Positions 54,543-64,000 of a stretch of 64,000 bases of DNA are shown here, one piece after another. The position numbers and the translations under genes were made by a program. Each line of letters opens with the position of its first letter. The stretch's first letter is position 1. The notes beneath the pieces were generated by a model. That model was not told the DNA's origin, did not search any database, and was given only the letters and a program-made list of their open reading frames with translations. This stretch comes from Longilinea sp. (GTDB lineage Bacteria > Chloroflexota > Anaerolineae > Anaerolineales > Anaerolineaceae). The stretch spans positions 6,304 to 70,303 of the forward strand of contig JAGOFZ010000001.1 in the NCBI GenBank assembly GCA_017996955.1, written 5' to 3'.

Positions 54543-56981
54543 ATGACTGAAATTGGCTTGGTTCAATCCGTGGATATTGACGAACAGATGCGCACTGCGT
54601 ACCTCGATTACGCCATGAGCGTGATCATCTCGCGGGCCCTGCCCGACGCCCGCGACGGCCTCAAACCCGTCCACCGCCGCATTCTCTTCGCCATGCACGA
54701 ACTGGGCATCCGCTCCAACACAGCTTACAAGAAATCCGCCCGTATTGTCGGCGAGGTGCTGGGCAAGTTCCATCCCCATGGTGATGTAGCCGTCTACGAT
54801 GCCATGGCCCGCCTGGCCCAGGATTTTTCCATGCGCTATCCCCTGGTGGACGGGCAGGGTAACTTTGGCTCCATTGATGGCGACCCCCCGGCGGCCATGC
54901 GTTACACCGAGGCCCGCCTTGGCATTCTGGCCGAAGAAACCCTCGCTGATATTGATAAAAACACGGTGGACTTTGCTGATAATTTTGACGGCTCACTCCA
55001 GGAGCCGACGGTGCTGCCCTCCCGGCTGCCCAACCTGCTGCTCAACGGTTCATCGGGCATTGCCGTAGGCATGGCAACCAACATCCCCCCGCACAACCTG
55101 CGCAACCTTGCGGCTGCCGTCAGCCTGATGATTGAACATTACGACAACCTCGATGACCTCAGCGTGGACGACCTGATGGCGGCTGTCCCCGGCCCCGATT
55201 TTCCCACCGGCGGCGTGATTATTGGCCGCGAGCCCATCCGCCAGGTTTATTCCACCGGCCGCGGCCGCCTGACCGTGCGCGGCATGGCCCACATTGAGGA
55301 AATCAAAGGCGGGCGCTACGCCATCATCATCACCGAAATCCCCTACCAGGTTAACAAAACCAATCTGATCGAGCGCATTGCCGATCTGGCCCGCGAAGGC
55401 CGCGTGGATTCAATTTCTGATCTGCGTGACGAGTCAGACCGCCGCGGCATGAGCATTGTGATTGAACTCAAGCGCGGCGCCCAGCCCAAGCAGGTGCTCA
55501 ATCAGCTCTACAAATATACCCCCCTGCAAACCACCTTCAGCGTGCATCTGCTGGCCCTGGTGGAGGGTGAGCCCCGCGTGCTGTCCCTCAAGCGCGCCCT
55601 GCAAATCTACATTGAACACCGCCAGCAGGTCATCACCCGCCGCTCGCAGTTTGAGTTGGACAAGGCCCGCGCCCGTGCCCACATCCTCGACGGCCTGCTG
55701 ATTGCCCTCGCCAACCTGGATGAGGTCATTCAGACCATCCGCCAGGCCCCCGATGTCGAAACCGCCAAAGAGCGCCTGATCGCCCGCTTCAAACTCACCG
55801 AAATTCAAGCCCAGGCCATTCTGGATATGCAGCTCCGCCGCCTGGCCGCGCTGGAACGCCAGAAGATCGAAGCCGAGCACCGCGAACTGCTGACCCAGAT
55901 TGCTTACCTGGAAGACCTGCTGACCCACCCAACCAAAATCCTGCACGTCATCGGCACCGATCTGGCCGAACTGGCTGAGAAGCACGGCGATGAGCGCCGC
56001 ACGCGCATCACTGCCGAGGCCATGGAAGAACTGAAAGAAGAAGACCTGGTGCAGGACGAGCCCGTGCTGATTACCCTGACCCAGCGCGGCTACATCAAGC
56101 GCGTGTCGGCCAATCTTTACCGTTCCCAGGGGCGCGGCGGACGCGGCGTCACCGGCCAGACGGTTAAAACCGAAGACGAAGTGCTGATGCTTATCCCCGC
56201 CCGCACGGTGGATACGCTGCTCTTCTTCTCGGACCGTGGCAAGGTCTATTCTGAAAAGGTGTACCAGCTCCCCGATGCCGGGCGTACCGCCGCTGGCATT
56301 CCGATTGTCAATATTCTGTCACTTGGCCCCGATGAACGCATCACCGCCGCCGTGAGTGTGCCTAACTTTGAGGTCGCTGAATTTTGCACCATGGCCACCG
56401 TGCGCGGGCGCGTCAAACGCATGGCCCTCTCTGAACTGTCCTCGGTCCGCCCCTCGGGGCTGGCAGCCATCAACCTCGATTCTGGCGATGAGTTGGGCTG
56501 GGTCCGCCTGACCTCCGGCAGTGATGATATTCTGCTGGTCACCACCCTGGGGCAGGCGTTGCGCTTCGCTGAAACCGAGGTGCGCCCCACGGGCCGCGCC
56601 GCCGGCGGCGTGACGGGCATCAACCTGCGTGGCGAGGATCGGGTTGCCTCGATGGAAGTGGCCGAACCCGGCGGCTTCCTGCTGGTGGTCACCACGCAGG
56701 GCTTTGGCAAGCGCTCGGCCCTGGATGAATACCCCGCCAAGAGCCGCGCCGGTTCCGGCGTGACCACCCAGGATCAAAAAAGCTTTGCCAAGACTGGCCC
56801 CGTGGCGGTAGCCCGCATTGTGCAGGAAAGCGATGAAGTCACCTTTATCTCAACGGGTGGACTGGTCTTGCGCCTTAAAGTGGCCGAGATCAGCCTGAGC
56901 AGCCGCGCCACCCGCGGCACCTCTTTGATGAAGCTCCCCGCTGGTGACGCAATCGCCTCCCTCGCCCGCCTGCGCGAATAG
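54543..56981 (+). CDS. gyrA: DNA gyrase subunit A
   Basis: [31 protein letters not shown] (active-site Tyr) and C-terminal beta-pinwheel repeats. GGAGG SD. The upstream ORF extension is rejected. Confidence 0.95.
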   Translation: MTEIGLVQSVDIDEQMRTAYLDYAMSVIISRALPDARDGLKPVHRRILFAMHELGIRSNTAYKKSARIVGEVLGKFHPHGDVAVYDAMARLAQDFSMRYPLVDGQGNFGSIDGDPPAAMRYTEARLGILAEETLADIDKNTVDFADNFDGSLQEPTVLPSRLPNLLLNGSSGIAVGMATNIPPHNLRNLAAAVSLMIEHYDNLDDLSVDDLMAAVPGPDFPTGGVIIGREPIRQVYSTGRGRLTVRGMAHIEEIKGGRYAIIITEIPYQVNKTNLIERIADLAREGRVDSISDLRDESDRRGMSIVIELKRGAQPKQVLNQLYKYTPLQTTFSVHLLALVEGEPRVLSLKRALQIYIEHRQQVITRRSQFELDKARARAHILDGLLIALANLDEVIQTIRQAPDVETAKERLIARFKLTEIQAQAILDMQLRRLAALERQKIEAEHRELLTQIAYLEDLLTHPTKILHVIGTDLAELAEKHGDERRTRITAEAMEELKEEDLVQDEPVLITLTQRGYIKRVSANLYRSQGRGGRGVTGQTVKTEDEVLMLIPARTVDTLLFFSDRGKVYSEKVYQLPDAGRTAAGIPIVNILSLGPDERITAAVSVPNFEVAEFCTMATVRGRVKRMALSELSSVRPSGLAAINLDSGDELGWVRLTSGSDDILLVTTLGQALRFAETEVRPTGRAAGGVTGINLRGEDRVASMEVAEPGGFLLVVTTQGFGKRSALDEYPAKSRAGSGVTTQDQKSFAKTGPVAVARIVQESDEVTFISTGGLVLRLKVAEISLSSRATRGTSLMKLPAGDAIASLARLRE

Positions 56982-57073
56982 CACCGCCCGCATCCTGCCA
57001 ACTGATCCAGCGGAGTGAAAGCCCCCCGCTGCTCTCTTATCGCGTCTAAAATCCAGCCCTCCGCCCCCACATC

Positions 57074-57117
57074 TGAAACTTCCTCCAACCTGAAACATGA
57101 AACTTGAAACGTGAAAC
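57074..57117. repeat. TGAAAC hexamer array: one isolated copy plus four tandem 7-nt units (cTGAAAC aTGAAAC tTGAAAC gTGAAAC)
   Basis: Copies lie at 57074, 57091, 57098, 57105 and 57112. The array ends 1 nt before the pcrA stop codon (57118-57120, minus strand). Confidence 0.85.
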
Positions 57118-59295
57118 TTACTTCGTTAGAACTTCCAGATTCGCCATCGAAACCAGCAGCCGCTTGAACCCCACCGACTCAAAGAACACGTCCACCGTCT
57201 CCTCGCCATCGGCGCCCTGACGGATATGCACCACCAGCCCCTCGCCCCAGACCGGGTGCCGCACTTTTTGATTCGCCTGATACTTCCCGGCCGGCGCTGC
57301 CGCCGCCGCTGTGGCCCCCTGCCGCGGCCGCACATCCCAGCTCCGCAGTGAGTCGCTCCGCCCGTGATGCCGCAGCCCCTCATGCACCACCAGCTCCGCC
57401 GGAATATCCTCTAAAAACCGTGAGGGCTGCTGCATTTGCGGCGACCCGTAACTGCTGCGTTGTTCGGCGCGCAGCAGCGTTACCTGATCTTTCGCCCGCG
57501 TCAGCCCCACATAGAACAACCGCCGCTCCTCCGCCAGCTCTTCGGGATCATCCAGCGCCCGGCTGTGCGGCAGCACCCCCTCATCCAGCCCCACAATGAA
57601 CACCTGCCCAAACTCCAGCCCCTTGGCCGCGTGCAGCGTCAGCAGGGTGGGCGCTTCCACCTTTTCCGGCAGGGTGTCCTGATCCGACACCAGCGCCAGG
57701 TTTTCCAAAAAGGCCGTCAGCCCGCGGTCGTTGAACTCATAGGCCAGCCGCCGCAGCTCTTCCACATTCTCCCAGCGGTCTTTGCCTTCTTCGCTTCCAT
57801 CATCCAGGTAACTGCGGTAGCCCGTCTCAATCAAAACCTTGTCAAACAGCGCTGGCAGCGGCGTATCCTCACGCTCGGCGCGCCAGCCCCCCAGCAGCCC
57901 GCCAAAATCCGCCAGAGATACCGCCCCGCGCGCCAGCGAGCCCCAGTAGGGCGACCCCTGCCCCTGCGCGCCCAGGCTCAGCAGCACCGCCCCCGGCGCA
58001 ACCCCGGCCCCCTGCGCCGCCAGATGCAGCGCCACCAGCGTCTTATCGCCAATTCCGCGCGGCGGTACATTGATCACCCGGTTCAGGCTCACCTCGTCAT
58101 CCGGGTTCTGCACCAGCCGCAGGTAGGCAATCACATCTTTGACCTCACGCCGCCCGTAGAACCGCTGTGCCCCCACCAGCCGGTAGGGCAGGCCCGCGTG
58201 CAAAAAGGCCTCTTCCAGCAGGCGGGATTGGGCGTTGGTGCGGTACATCACCGCAAAATCGCTGGCCTTGGCCGCCCGCCGCTGCAGCAAGCGTTGGATC
58301 GTATCCACCACATAGGCGGCTTCGGCGTGGTCATCGTTGGCTTCGTAGAGCGTCAGCTTGCTGCCCGTGCCCCGGTCCGAAAACAGGTGCTTGGGCGTGC
58401 GCTGGGTGTTGCGGTCAATCACCGCCCGGGCCGCATTCAGCACGGTCTGCGTGGAGCGGTAATTCTGCTCCAGTAGAATTTTCTGGCAGGCCGGATAATC
58501 CGTCTCGAACCGCAGCACGTTGCGATAATCCGCCCCGCGCCAGCGGTAGATGGACTGGTCTTCATCCCCCACCACAAACAGATTGCCGTGCACACTGGCC
58601 AGCAGCCTCAGCAGCTCGTACTGCGCCTTGTTGGTATCCTGAAACTCATCCACCAGCACATGCTGAAACCGCCGCCCGTACCGCTCGCGCACGTCCGGGT
58701 TATCCACCAGCAGCTTCACCGTCCACAGCAGCAGGTCGTCAAAATCCACCGCATTGCTGGCGCGCAGCAGTTCTTCATACCGCCCGTAGATCCGCTGGAT
58801 CAGCTCGTTGCGGTAGGTGTTGGTGGGGTAATCTTCCACCGGGATCAGCTCATTCTTGGCCGCCGAGATGGCCGCGTGAATGCTCGCCGGGCGGTAGAGC
58901 TTCTCATCAATATTCATCTCTTTGATCGCCCGCTTGACCAGCGTTTCCTGGTCGTCGGCGTCAAAAATCACAAAATCACTCTTGAACGGCAGCCGCTCCG
59001 ACTCGCGCCGCAGCAGCCGGGCGCAGATCGAGTGAAACGTGCCGATCCACAGCCCTTCCACGCTTTCCCCCAGCAGGTGCTCCACCCGGTTCTTCATCTC
59101 CCGCGCCGCCTTATTGGTAAAGGTGACCGCCACAATATTGAACAGCCGCACCCCCATGGCCTGCGCCAGATAGGCAATCCGGTGCGTCAGCACCCGCGTC
59201 TTGCCAGAGCCCGGCCCGGCCAGCACCAGCGTCTGACCCAGCCCCGCCGTCACGGCGGCCTTTTGCTGCGGATTGAGGGTTGAGATGAAGTCCAT
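57118..59295 (-). CDS. pcrA: ATP-dependent DNA helicase, UvrD/PcrA family
   Basis: LVLAGPGSGKTRVLT (motif I), VLVDEFQDTN (motif II) and VGDEDQSIYRWRGA. 725 aa. Confidence 0.9.
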   Translation of the reverse strand: MDFISTLNPQQKAAVTAGLGQTLVLAGPGSGKTRVLTHRIAYLAQAMGVRLFNIVAVTFTNKAAREMKNRVEHLLGESVEGLWIGTFHSICARLLRRESERLPFKSDFVIFDADDQETLVKRAIKEMNIDEKLYRPASIHAAISAAKNELIPVEDYPTNTYRNELIQRIYGRYEELLRASNAVDFDDLLLWTVKLLVDNPDVRERYGRRFQHVLVDEFQDTNKAQYELLRLLASVHGNLFVVGDEDQSIYRWRGADYRNVLRFETDYPACQKILLEQNYRSTQTVLNAARAVIDRNTQRTPKHLFSDRGTGSKLTLYEANDDHAEAAYVVDTIQRLLQRRAAKASDFAVMYRTNAQSRLLEEAFLHAGLPYRLVGAQRFYGRREVKDVIAYLRLVQNPDDEVSLNRVINVPPRGIGDKTLVALHLAAQGAGVAPGAVLLSLGAQGQGSPYWGSLARGAVSLADFGGLLGGWRAEREDTPLPALFDKVLIETGYRSYLDDGSEEGKDRWENVEELRRLAYEFNDRGLTAFLENLALVSDQDTLPEKVEAPTLLTLHAAKGLEFGQVFIVGLDEGVLPHSRALDDPEELAEERRLFYVGLTRAKDQVTLLRAEQRSSYGSPQMQQPSRFLEDIPAELVVHEGLRHHGRSDSLRSWDVRPRQGATAAAAAPAGKYQANQKVRHPVWGEGLVVHIRQGADGEETVDVFFESVGFKRLLVSMANLEVLTK

Positions 59296-59353
59296 GGCGC
59301 CCTCATTCTACCCGCGCCCCCGCCGCCTGTCCAGTACCTCTTCTGCCCCGGCA

Positions 59354-59435
59354 CCTGCCCCAGACCCGCCCCGCTCTAGTCCTCTTCATCAACCCGAGTC
59401 GGCCAGGCCGGCTTGCTCACCAACCAGCCGGGGGG
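59354..59435. repeat. Intergenic repeat copy A (about 82 nt)
   Basis: cctgccccagacc...cttcatcaacccgagtcgGccaggccggcttgctcAccAAccagccggggg. It aligns with copy B with long identical blocks of 13, 18, 16 and 11 nt. Confidence 0.8.
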
Positions 59436-59616
59436 AGTGCGCTGCTCGATCTGCCTGAAAGGGCCGGGGCTATTCCTGGCCAAACCCTGTCAGGTATAAA
59501 ATCCCCTTCCTTCAGGAAGGGGCTGCGACACGAACAGTTAGAGCGGCCACACCCAGGGGTAGGTTAAACCTACCCCCCTCCGGGGCAGCCCCGCTCCCCG
59601 CCAAATAATTCTAACC

Positions 59617-59697
59617 CCTGCCCCAGACCAACTCCGCGTTAGCCATCTTCATCAACCCGAGTCGACCAGGCCGGCTTGCTCGCCCGCCAGCCGGGGG
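59617..59697. repeat. Intergenic repeat copy B (about 81 nt)
   Basis: cctgccccagacc...cttcatcaacccgagtcgAccaggccggcttgctcGccCGccagccggggg, 263 nt downstream of copy A. Confidence 0.8.
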
Positions 59698-59848
59698 TTA
59701 TGAATTTTTACACAATAACACTTCATTGCGGGCATAATATAGAAAAACACCAAGCCCCCTTCCCTTTAGGGAAGGGCGGGGGGTTAGGTCTGCCCCCATA
59801 CCTGTCAGACAATCCCCCCGAATTCTAAGATTCAATCTCCCGCCCCTG

Positions 59849-59857
59849 TGATATAAT
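59849..59857 (+). promoter_or_regulatory. Candidate extended -10 box (TGATATAAT) for the nuclease gene
   Basis: Read directly. An AGGAGG at 59917-59922 precedes the ATG at 59931. Confidence 0.4.
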
Positions 59858-60191
59858 CAAATTCGGGCGAATTTACCGGAATTTAATCATCTGCCCGTCC
59901 TTCCCCACATTCTCTCAGGAGGAAAAAAGAATGAAAGCAAGTTTTCGCTTCATTAACTTGCTGATGGCCCTTGCACTTGCCATCGGCGCTGTCGTCACTG
60001 CCGCACCGCAACCGGTGCAGGCGGATAATACTGCTCAAACCCTTCCCTTCTCTCAAGATTGGACCAATATCGGTCTGATTACTACGAATGATGATTGGAG
60101 CGGTGTACCAGGCATTATGGGATACCGCGGAGATGGCTTGACGGCGGCAAACGACGTCGACCCTCAAACTGTTTTGGGCGATGGCACCCTA

Positions 60192-61424
60192 GTAGTTTGT
60201 CAATCATACTTTGATGGGTAGCAGTTCTTTAACATTCTCTACGGGATGGAGGACTGGATAAAGCCTCTTGAGTTTTATGCGAGCATCCTCTGTTGTGAAG
60301 CGCCACTCAACGGTAGCTTCTTGCGTATTGCGGTCCATCTCCCAGGCTGATGTTTCGCTGACCAGCGTTTCGGCATCCGGGGTGTATCCACTCAAGCACT
60401 GGCGGCTAAGGACACTTAATTCGATTTCAGCCATGTTGAGCCAGCTGCCATGTTTCGGAGAGAAATGGAACTCTAAGCGATCCAAAATACTTTTCGCTTT
60501 GGCAGGCTCGAAGACCTCATACAGAGCGGCAGGTGAGTGCGTATTTAAATTATCTTCAACCAGGACACACCGTTCAGCATGTGGAAAATGTTCATAGACC
60601 AAATCATGCATACACCAGGCCCAATCCCTTTTGGTCCGGCGCTCCGTGACTTTGACATGCCGCCAGTTCTGGAGCGGAGCACAGAACATGAATATATTGG
60701 CCGTTCCTTGTCGCCGATATTCGTAATCATAACGCACGGGCTGGCTGGTTTGCATTGGGAGCGATTGCCGCGTTTCACTGATCAGTTGCACGGGCGTCTC
60801 ATCAAAACAAATCAGAGGCCGAAGCGGGTCAAAAGGACGATGATAGACATCCAACACGTCTTCCATGTGATACACAAACTCGGCACTCTGTTCGGGTGGA
60901 ATACACCATTCTTCTTTGAGCCAGGGCTTCAGCTCATTGCTATCCATCACACAGCGTATGGTTTCGTGAGAAATCTCTTCCACGTATTCCATCTTCACCA
61001 TCTCACGAGCCAACAAACGCAAGCTCCAGCGCCCATGCCCTTGGGGTGGTCGCCCACACGCCAGGGCAATCAGATGCGCTTCTTGCGCTCCATCCAACAA
61101 GGTTTGATATTTGCGAGTAGTGCGATGTGGTGTCAATGCACCTGGCAACCCTTCTTCCACGTAGCGCTGCCGGACTCGCTCAATGGTTGGTACACTTACG
61201 CTCAGCGCCTGACTAATCTCGTGATCACTCCGACCAGCATTTGCATTCAAAAGGATGTTCGCATGAGCAATTTTTCGCACTCGCTGGGTTCCAGATGTAA
61301 CAAGGCTTGTCAACATTTCTTGTTCAGCTTGGTTCAACGTGACGATATATTTCTTGGCCATCTCTGTCTCCTGGTTGAGACAGATCATACCAAGTTACCC
61401 ATCAAAGCATGTTTGACACTCTAC
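60192..61424 (-). mobile_element. IS630-family insertion sequence (1233 bp) with a TA target duplication in a CTAG site
   Basis: 29-bp terminal inverted repeats gtagtttgtcaatcatactttgatgggta (60192-60220) and the reverse complement of 61396-61424, with 25/29 matching. TA flanks at 60190-60191 and 61425-61426. Visibly lower GC than the flanks. Confidence 0.85.
60204..61361 (-). CDS. IS630-family (Tc1/mariner-like DDE) transposase
   Basis: N-terminal HTH (MAKKYIVTLNQAEQEMLTSLV...SVPTIERVRQRYVEEGL) and a DDE-type core ...ICFDETPVQL...VLVEDNLNTH...WLNMAEIE. AGGAG SD before the ATG at 61361. Confidence 0.9.
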   Translation of the reverse strand: MAKKYIVTLNQAEQEMLTSLVTSGTQRVRKIAHANILLNANAGRSDHEISQALSVSVPTIERVRQRYVEEGLPGALTPHRTTRKYQTLLDGAQEAHLIALACGRPPQGHGRWSLRLLAREMVKMEYVEEISHETIRCVMDSNELKPWLKEEWCIPPEQSAEFVYHMEDVLDVYHRPFDPLRPLICFDETPVQLISETRQSLPMQTSQPVRYDYEYRRQGTANIFMFCAPLQNWRHVKVTERRTKRDWAWCMHDLVYEHFPHAERCVLVEDNLNTHSPAALYEVFEPAKAKSILDRLEFHFSPKHGSWLNMAEIELSVLSRQCLSGYTPDAETLVSETSAWEMDRNTQEATVEWRFTTEDARIKLKRLYPVLHPVENVKELLPIKV

Positions 61425-64000
61425 TAGTAGTGGATGTCAATGCTAACCAGACCCAGCCAGATACCTATACTACGGGCGGTGTTACAGAATTTGAAATCAC
61501 CAATCCAGTTGTTGCATTGTCTGGTTCTGGCACGGCCGATGCGCCCTATATTCTGGTCAATCTGGATACAACAGGCTCCACAAATATCCAGGTCTCCTAT
61601 AACGTGCGTGATATTGACGGTTCTGTTGATAATACTGCTCAACAGGTTGCGCTGCACTACCGTGTGGGCAATTCTGCAACGTGGACAAATGTCCCCGCTG
61701 CTTATATTGCAGATGCTACTACGGGAGGGACTGCAACCCAGGTAACCCCGGTCTCAGTGACATTGCCAGCAGCGGCTGAAAACCAGAGCTTGGTCCAGAT
61801 TCGCGTTATGACCACAAATGCGAATGGCAATGACGAGGCGGTTGGCATTGATGACATCTCCGTGACAAGCGGCACTGTCACCGACACCCCCCCCACCGTC
61901 ACCACCACTGTGCCGGACACCGATGCCACGGGTGTGGCCCTGGATGCCAGCATTACTGTCACCTTTAGCGAGGCGGTCACCCTGGCGACGGGCTGGTACG
62001 CCATCAACTGCGCCACCAGTGGCGCTCACACCGCCTGGGTCGATGAAACTGCCGACCCGGTCATTGTGCTGAACCCTGCCGACGATTTCGCCTACAGCGA
62101 GCTCTGCACGGTCACCCTCGAGGCGGACTTCATCGTGGACGAGGACAGCCCGGCCGATAACATGGCTGCCGATCGTTCCTGGTCCTTCACTACCACCGGT
62201 GCCGATGCCGATCCCTCGGTGACGAGCACCATCCCCGGTACCGGCGCCACGGGTATTGCAGCCAACACCGACATCACCATCGACTTCAGCGAGCCGGTGA
62301 CCATCACCCCCGACAGCTTCTTCGATGTCTTCTGCTCCATCAGTGGCGATCACTCCGGTGCCACCACCGGTGGGCCCACCAGCTATGTCTTCAACCCCAC
62401 GGCAGATTTCCTCCCCGGTGAAACCTGCACCGCCACCGTCCAGAACGATCAGGTTTTGGACCAGGATCCGCCCGCGCAGCCTATGGCCGCGGATTACGTG
62501 TGGACCTTCACAACCACCACCTGTGGCGGCGCCTACACGCCGATCCACGACATTCAGGGCAGCGGCCTGGTCAGCCCCATTAATGGGCAGCCAGTCACCA
62601 CTGAAGCGGTCGTCACCGCGGTCTTCCAGACCTCGCCGGCTGACCTGAACGGCTTCTTCATCCAGGCCATCCCCGGCACTGAAGATGCCGACCCCCTGAC
62701 CTCGGAAGGTGTCTTTGTCTATCACAACACCCTGGCCCCCACAGTTGGCGATATTGTCCGCGTCCAGGCCACGGTTGGGGTTTATGAGAATCAGACCCAG
62801 TTGACCGCACCGTCCATTACAACCACCTGCAGCAGCGGCAATGCGCTGCCCGCGGCCATTGCGCTGGATCTGCCCGATGTGGCCGATGCAGCCTTCTCCC
62901 TCGAACCTTACGAGGGCATGCTGGTCACCATCGCCGAACCCCTCACCGTCCAGCAGAACTACTTCCAGGGCCGCTACGGCCAGGTGACGCTGGGCGCCGG
63001 GGGCCGTGTTCCCCAGGTTAATAATTTAACCAAATATACGGGCACGGATCCATTCTATCAATTTACCCGCATGATTGTGCTGGATGATGCCAGCAGCGGG
63101 CAGAATCCCAACCCGATCTCCTACTACCTCAATGATGATTACATGCGCGCCGGCGATACCATCACGGGTATCACGGGCGTTCTCGATCAGGGCCCGATTA
63201 ACAGCACGGTTAGCTCCGTATTGCCTTATAACTGGTACCGCCTGCAGCCAACGGCCCCAATCGCCCCGGCGAACATCACGCGCACCAATCCGCGCACGGC
63301 CACCCCGCCGGATGTGGGCGGCCGCCTGAAGATTATTGGCACCAACGTGCTCAACTACTTCCCCACGCTGGATATGGCCCCTTACCGCACTACCTTCCCC
63401 TATGGCGGTTCCAACACCCCACGCGGCGCTGACACAGCAGCCGAATTCACCCGCCAGCAGGATAAGCTGGTGGCGGCGCTGGCCGCCGAAAACGGTGACG
63501 TGTACACCCTGATGGAAATTGAATCCTGGGATGGCGCGGCGGGCGGCATTGGCGCCCCGCAGGCGCTAGCCAACGCGCTGAACGCTTACCTCGGCACGCC
63601 CGGCCTGTACGCGGTTGTGGCCGACCCGCTGCTGGGTTACTTTGATCCCGCCACCGAAACCGATAGCGACTTTATCCAGGTCGCCATGCTCTACAAAACC
63701 ACCACGGTTGTTCCTGTGGGAGCTTCCATCAGCACCGACGATTTAATTTTCGACCGCTCGCCCTTCGCCCAGGAATTTGAAGAAATTGCCACCGGTGAAC
63801 AGTTTGTGGTGGTGGCCAACCACTTTAAATCCAAGGGCGGCTGCCCCGCCAGCGGCGCGGATGCTGACCAGGGCGACGGCCAGGGCTGCTGGAATGCCAA
63901 ACGCATGCTGCAGTCCGCGGCGCTGCTTGACCTCATCGAAACCTCCCTGCTGCCCCTCGACCCGGACGTGTTCGTGATGGGCGACCTGAACGCCTACGGC

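Larger units (their letters stand above)
59931..64000 (+). pseudogene. ExeM/NucH-family extracellular nuclease gene split by an IS630 insertion (3' end beyond the window)
   Basis: The 5' fragment 59931-60191 carries a signal peptide plus DNTAQTLPFSQDW.... After removing 60192-61426 (the IS and one TA copy), the frame continues ...GTLVVDVNANQTQ... without a stop to 64000. The downstream part has two SbsA-Ig-like repeats, CGGAYTPIHDIQGSG and an EEP nuclease block (VVVANHFKSKGG). Confidence 0.8.

Noticed and set aside
59354-59697. CRISPR-like array in the pcrA-nuclease spacer
   Set aside because: There are only two copies of an approximately 82-nt unit with about 80% identity and a 263-nt period. 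There are no short uniform repeats, no cas genes and no leader. It is treated as a REP/MITE-like duplication instead.

Overview
This is a high-GC (roughly 60%) bacterial chromosomal segment. It is densely coded on both strands and mostly housekeeping and cell-envelope genes. Lipoproteins with Pro/Thr-rich linkers, extended -10 boxes and many leaderless-looking starts suggest a Chloroflexota-like organism, but the taxon cannot be proven from this window.

Recognisable genes:
- Metabolism and envelope: an SDR and an NAD-epimerase pair, glmS, a GH1 beta-glucosidase, and a WecA-like/Wzy-like/Wzz-like envelope cluster.
- Signalling and chaperones: a large PAS/GAF hybrid histidine kinase, a Clp/Hsp100 paralog plus a YbjN-like protein, a receiver-only response regulator, and a class III cyclase-STAND-TPR protein.
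- Other housekeeping: an inositol monophosphatase, a dipeptide epimerase + NlpC/P60 + alpha-oxoamine-synthase operon, purA, a LysM protein, and ychF-rnd-beta-CASP flanked by tRNA-Leu(CAA) and tRNA-Ser(CGA).
- Also: an NfeD-stomatin-GNAT-SWIM operon, an orphan ABC ATPase, metG, an HD protein, hutI, gyrA and pcrA/uvrD.

One IS630-family element (TA duplication, 29-bp inverted repeats) splits an ExeM/NucH-type extracellular nuclease gene. I see no CRISPR array, prophage, reverse transcriptase or recognisable defence island.

The least explained items are:
1. A self-contained promoter/SD/56-codon sORF/terminator unit just upstream of a motif-degenerate ABC ATPase that has no permease.
2. A Clp paralog with a dead second ATPase module, coupled to a YbjN-like gene.
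3. A roughly 1350-codon secreted-protein gene broken by a single in-frame TAA.
4. Duplicated hairpin-rich intergenic repeats at 59.3-59.8 kb.
5. A (TGAAACN)4 heptamer array abutting the pcrA stop codon.
6. A perfect 34-bp palindrome overlapping a promoter.

All calls come from reading the sequence and the ORF track. No database search was possible.
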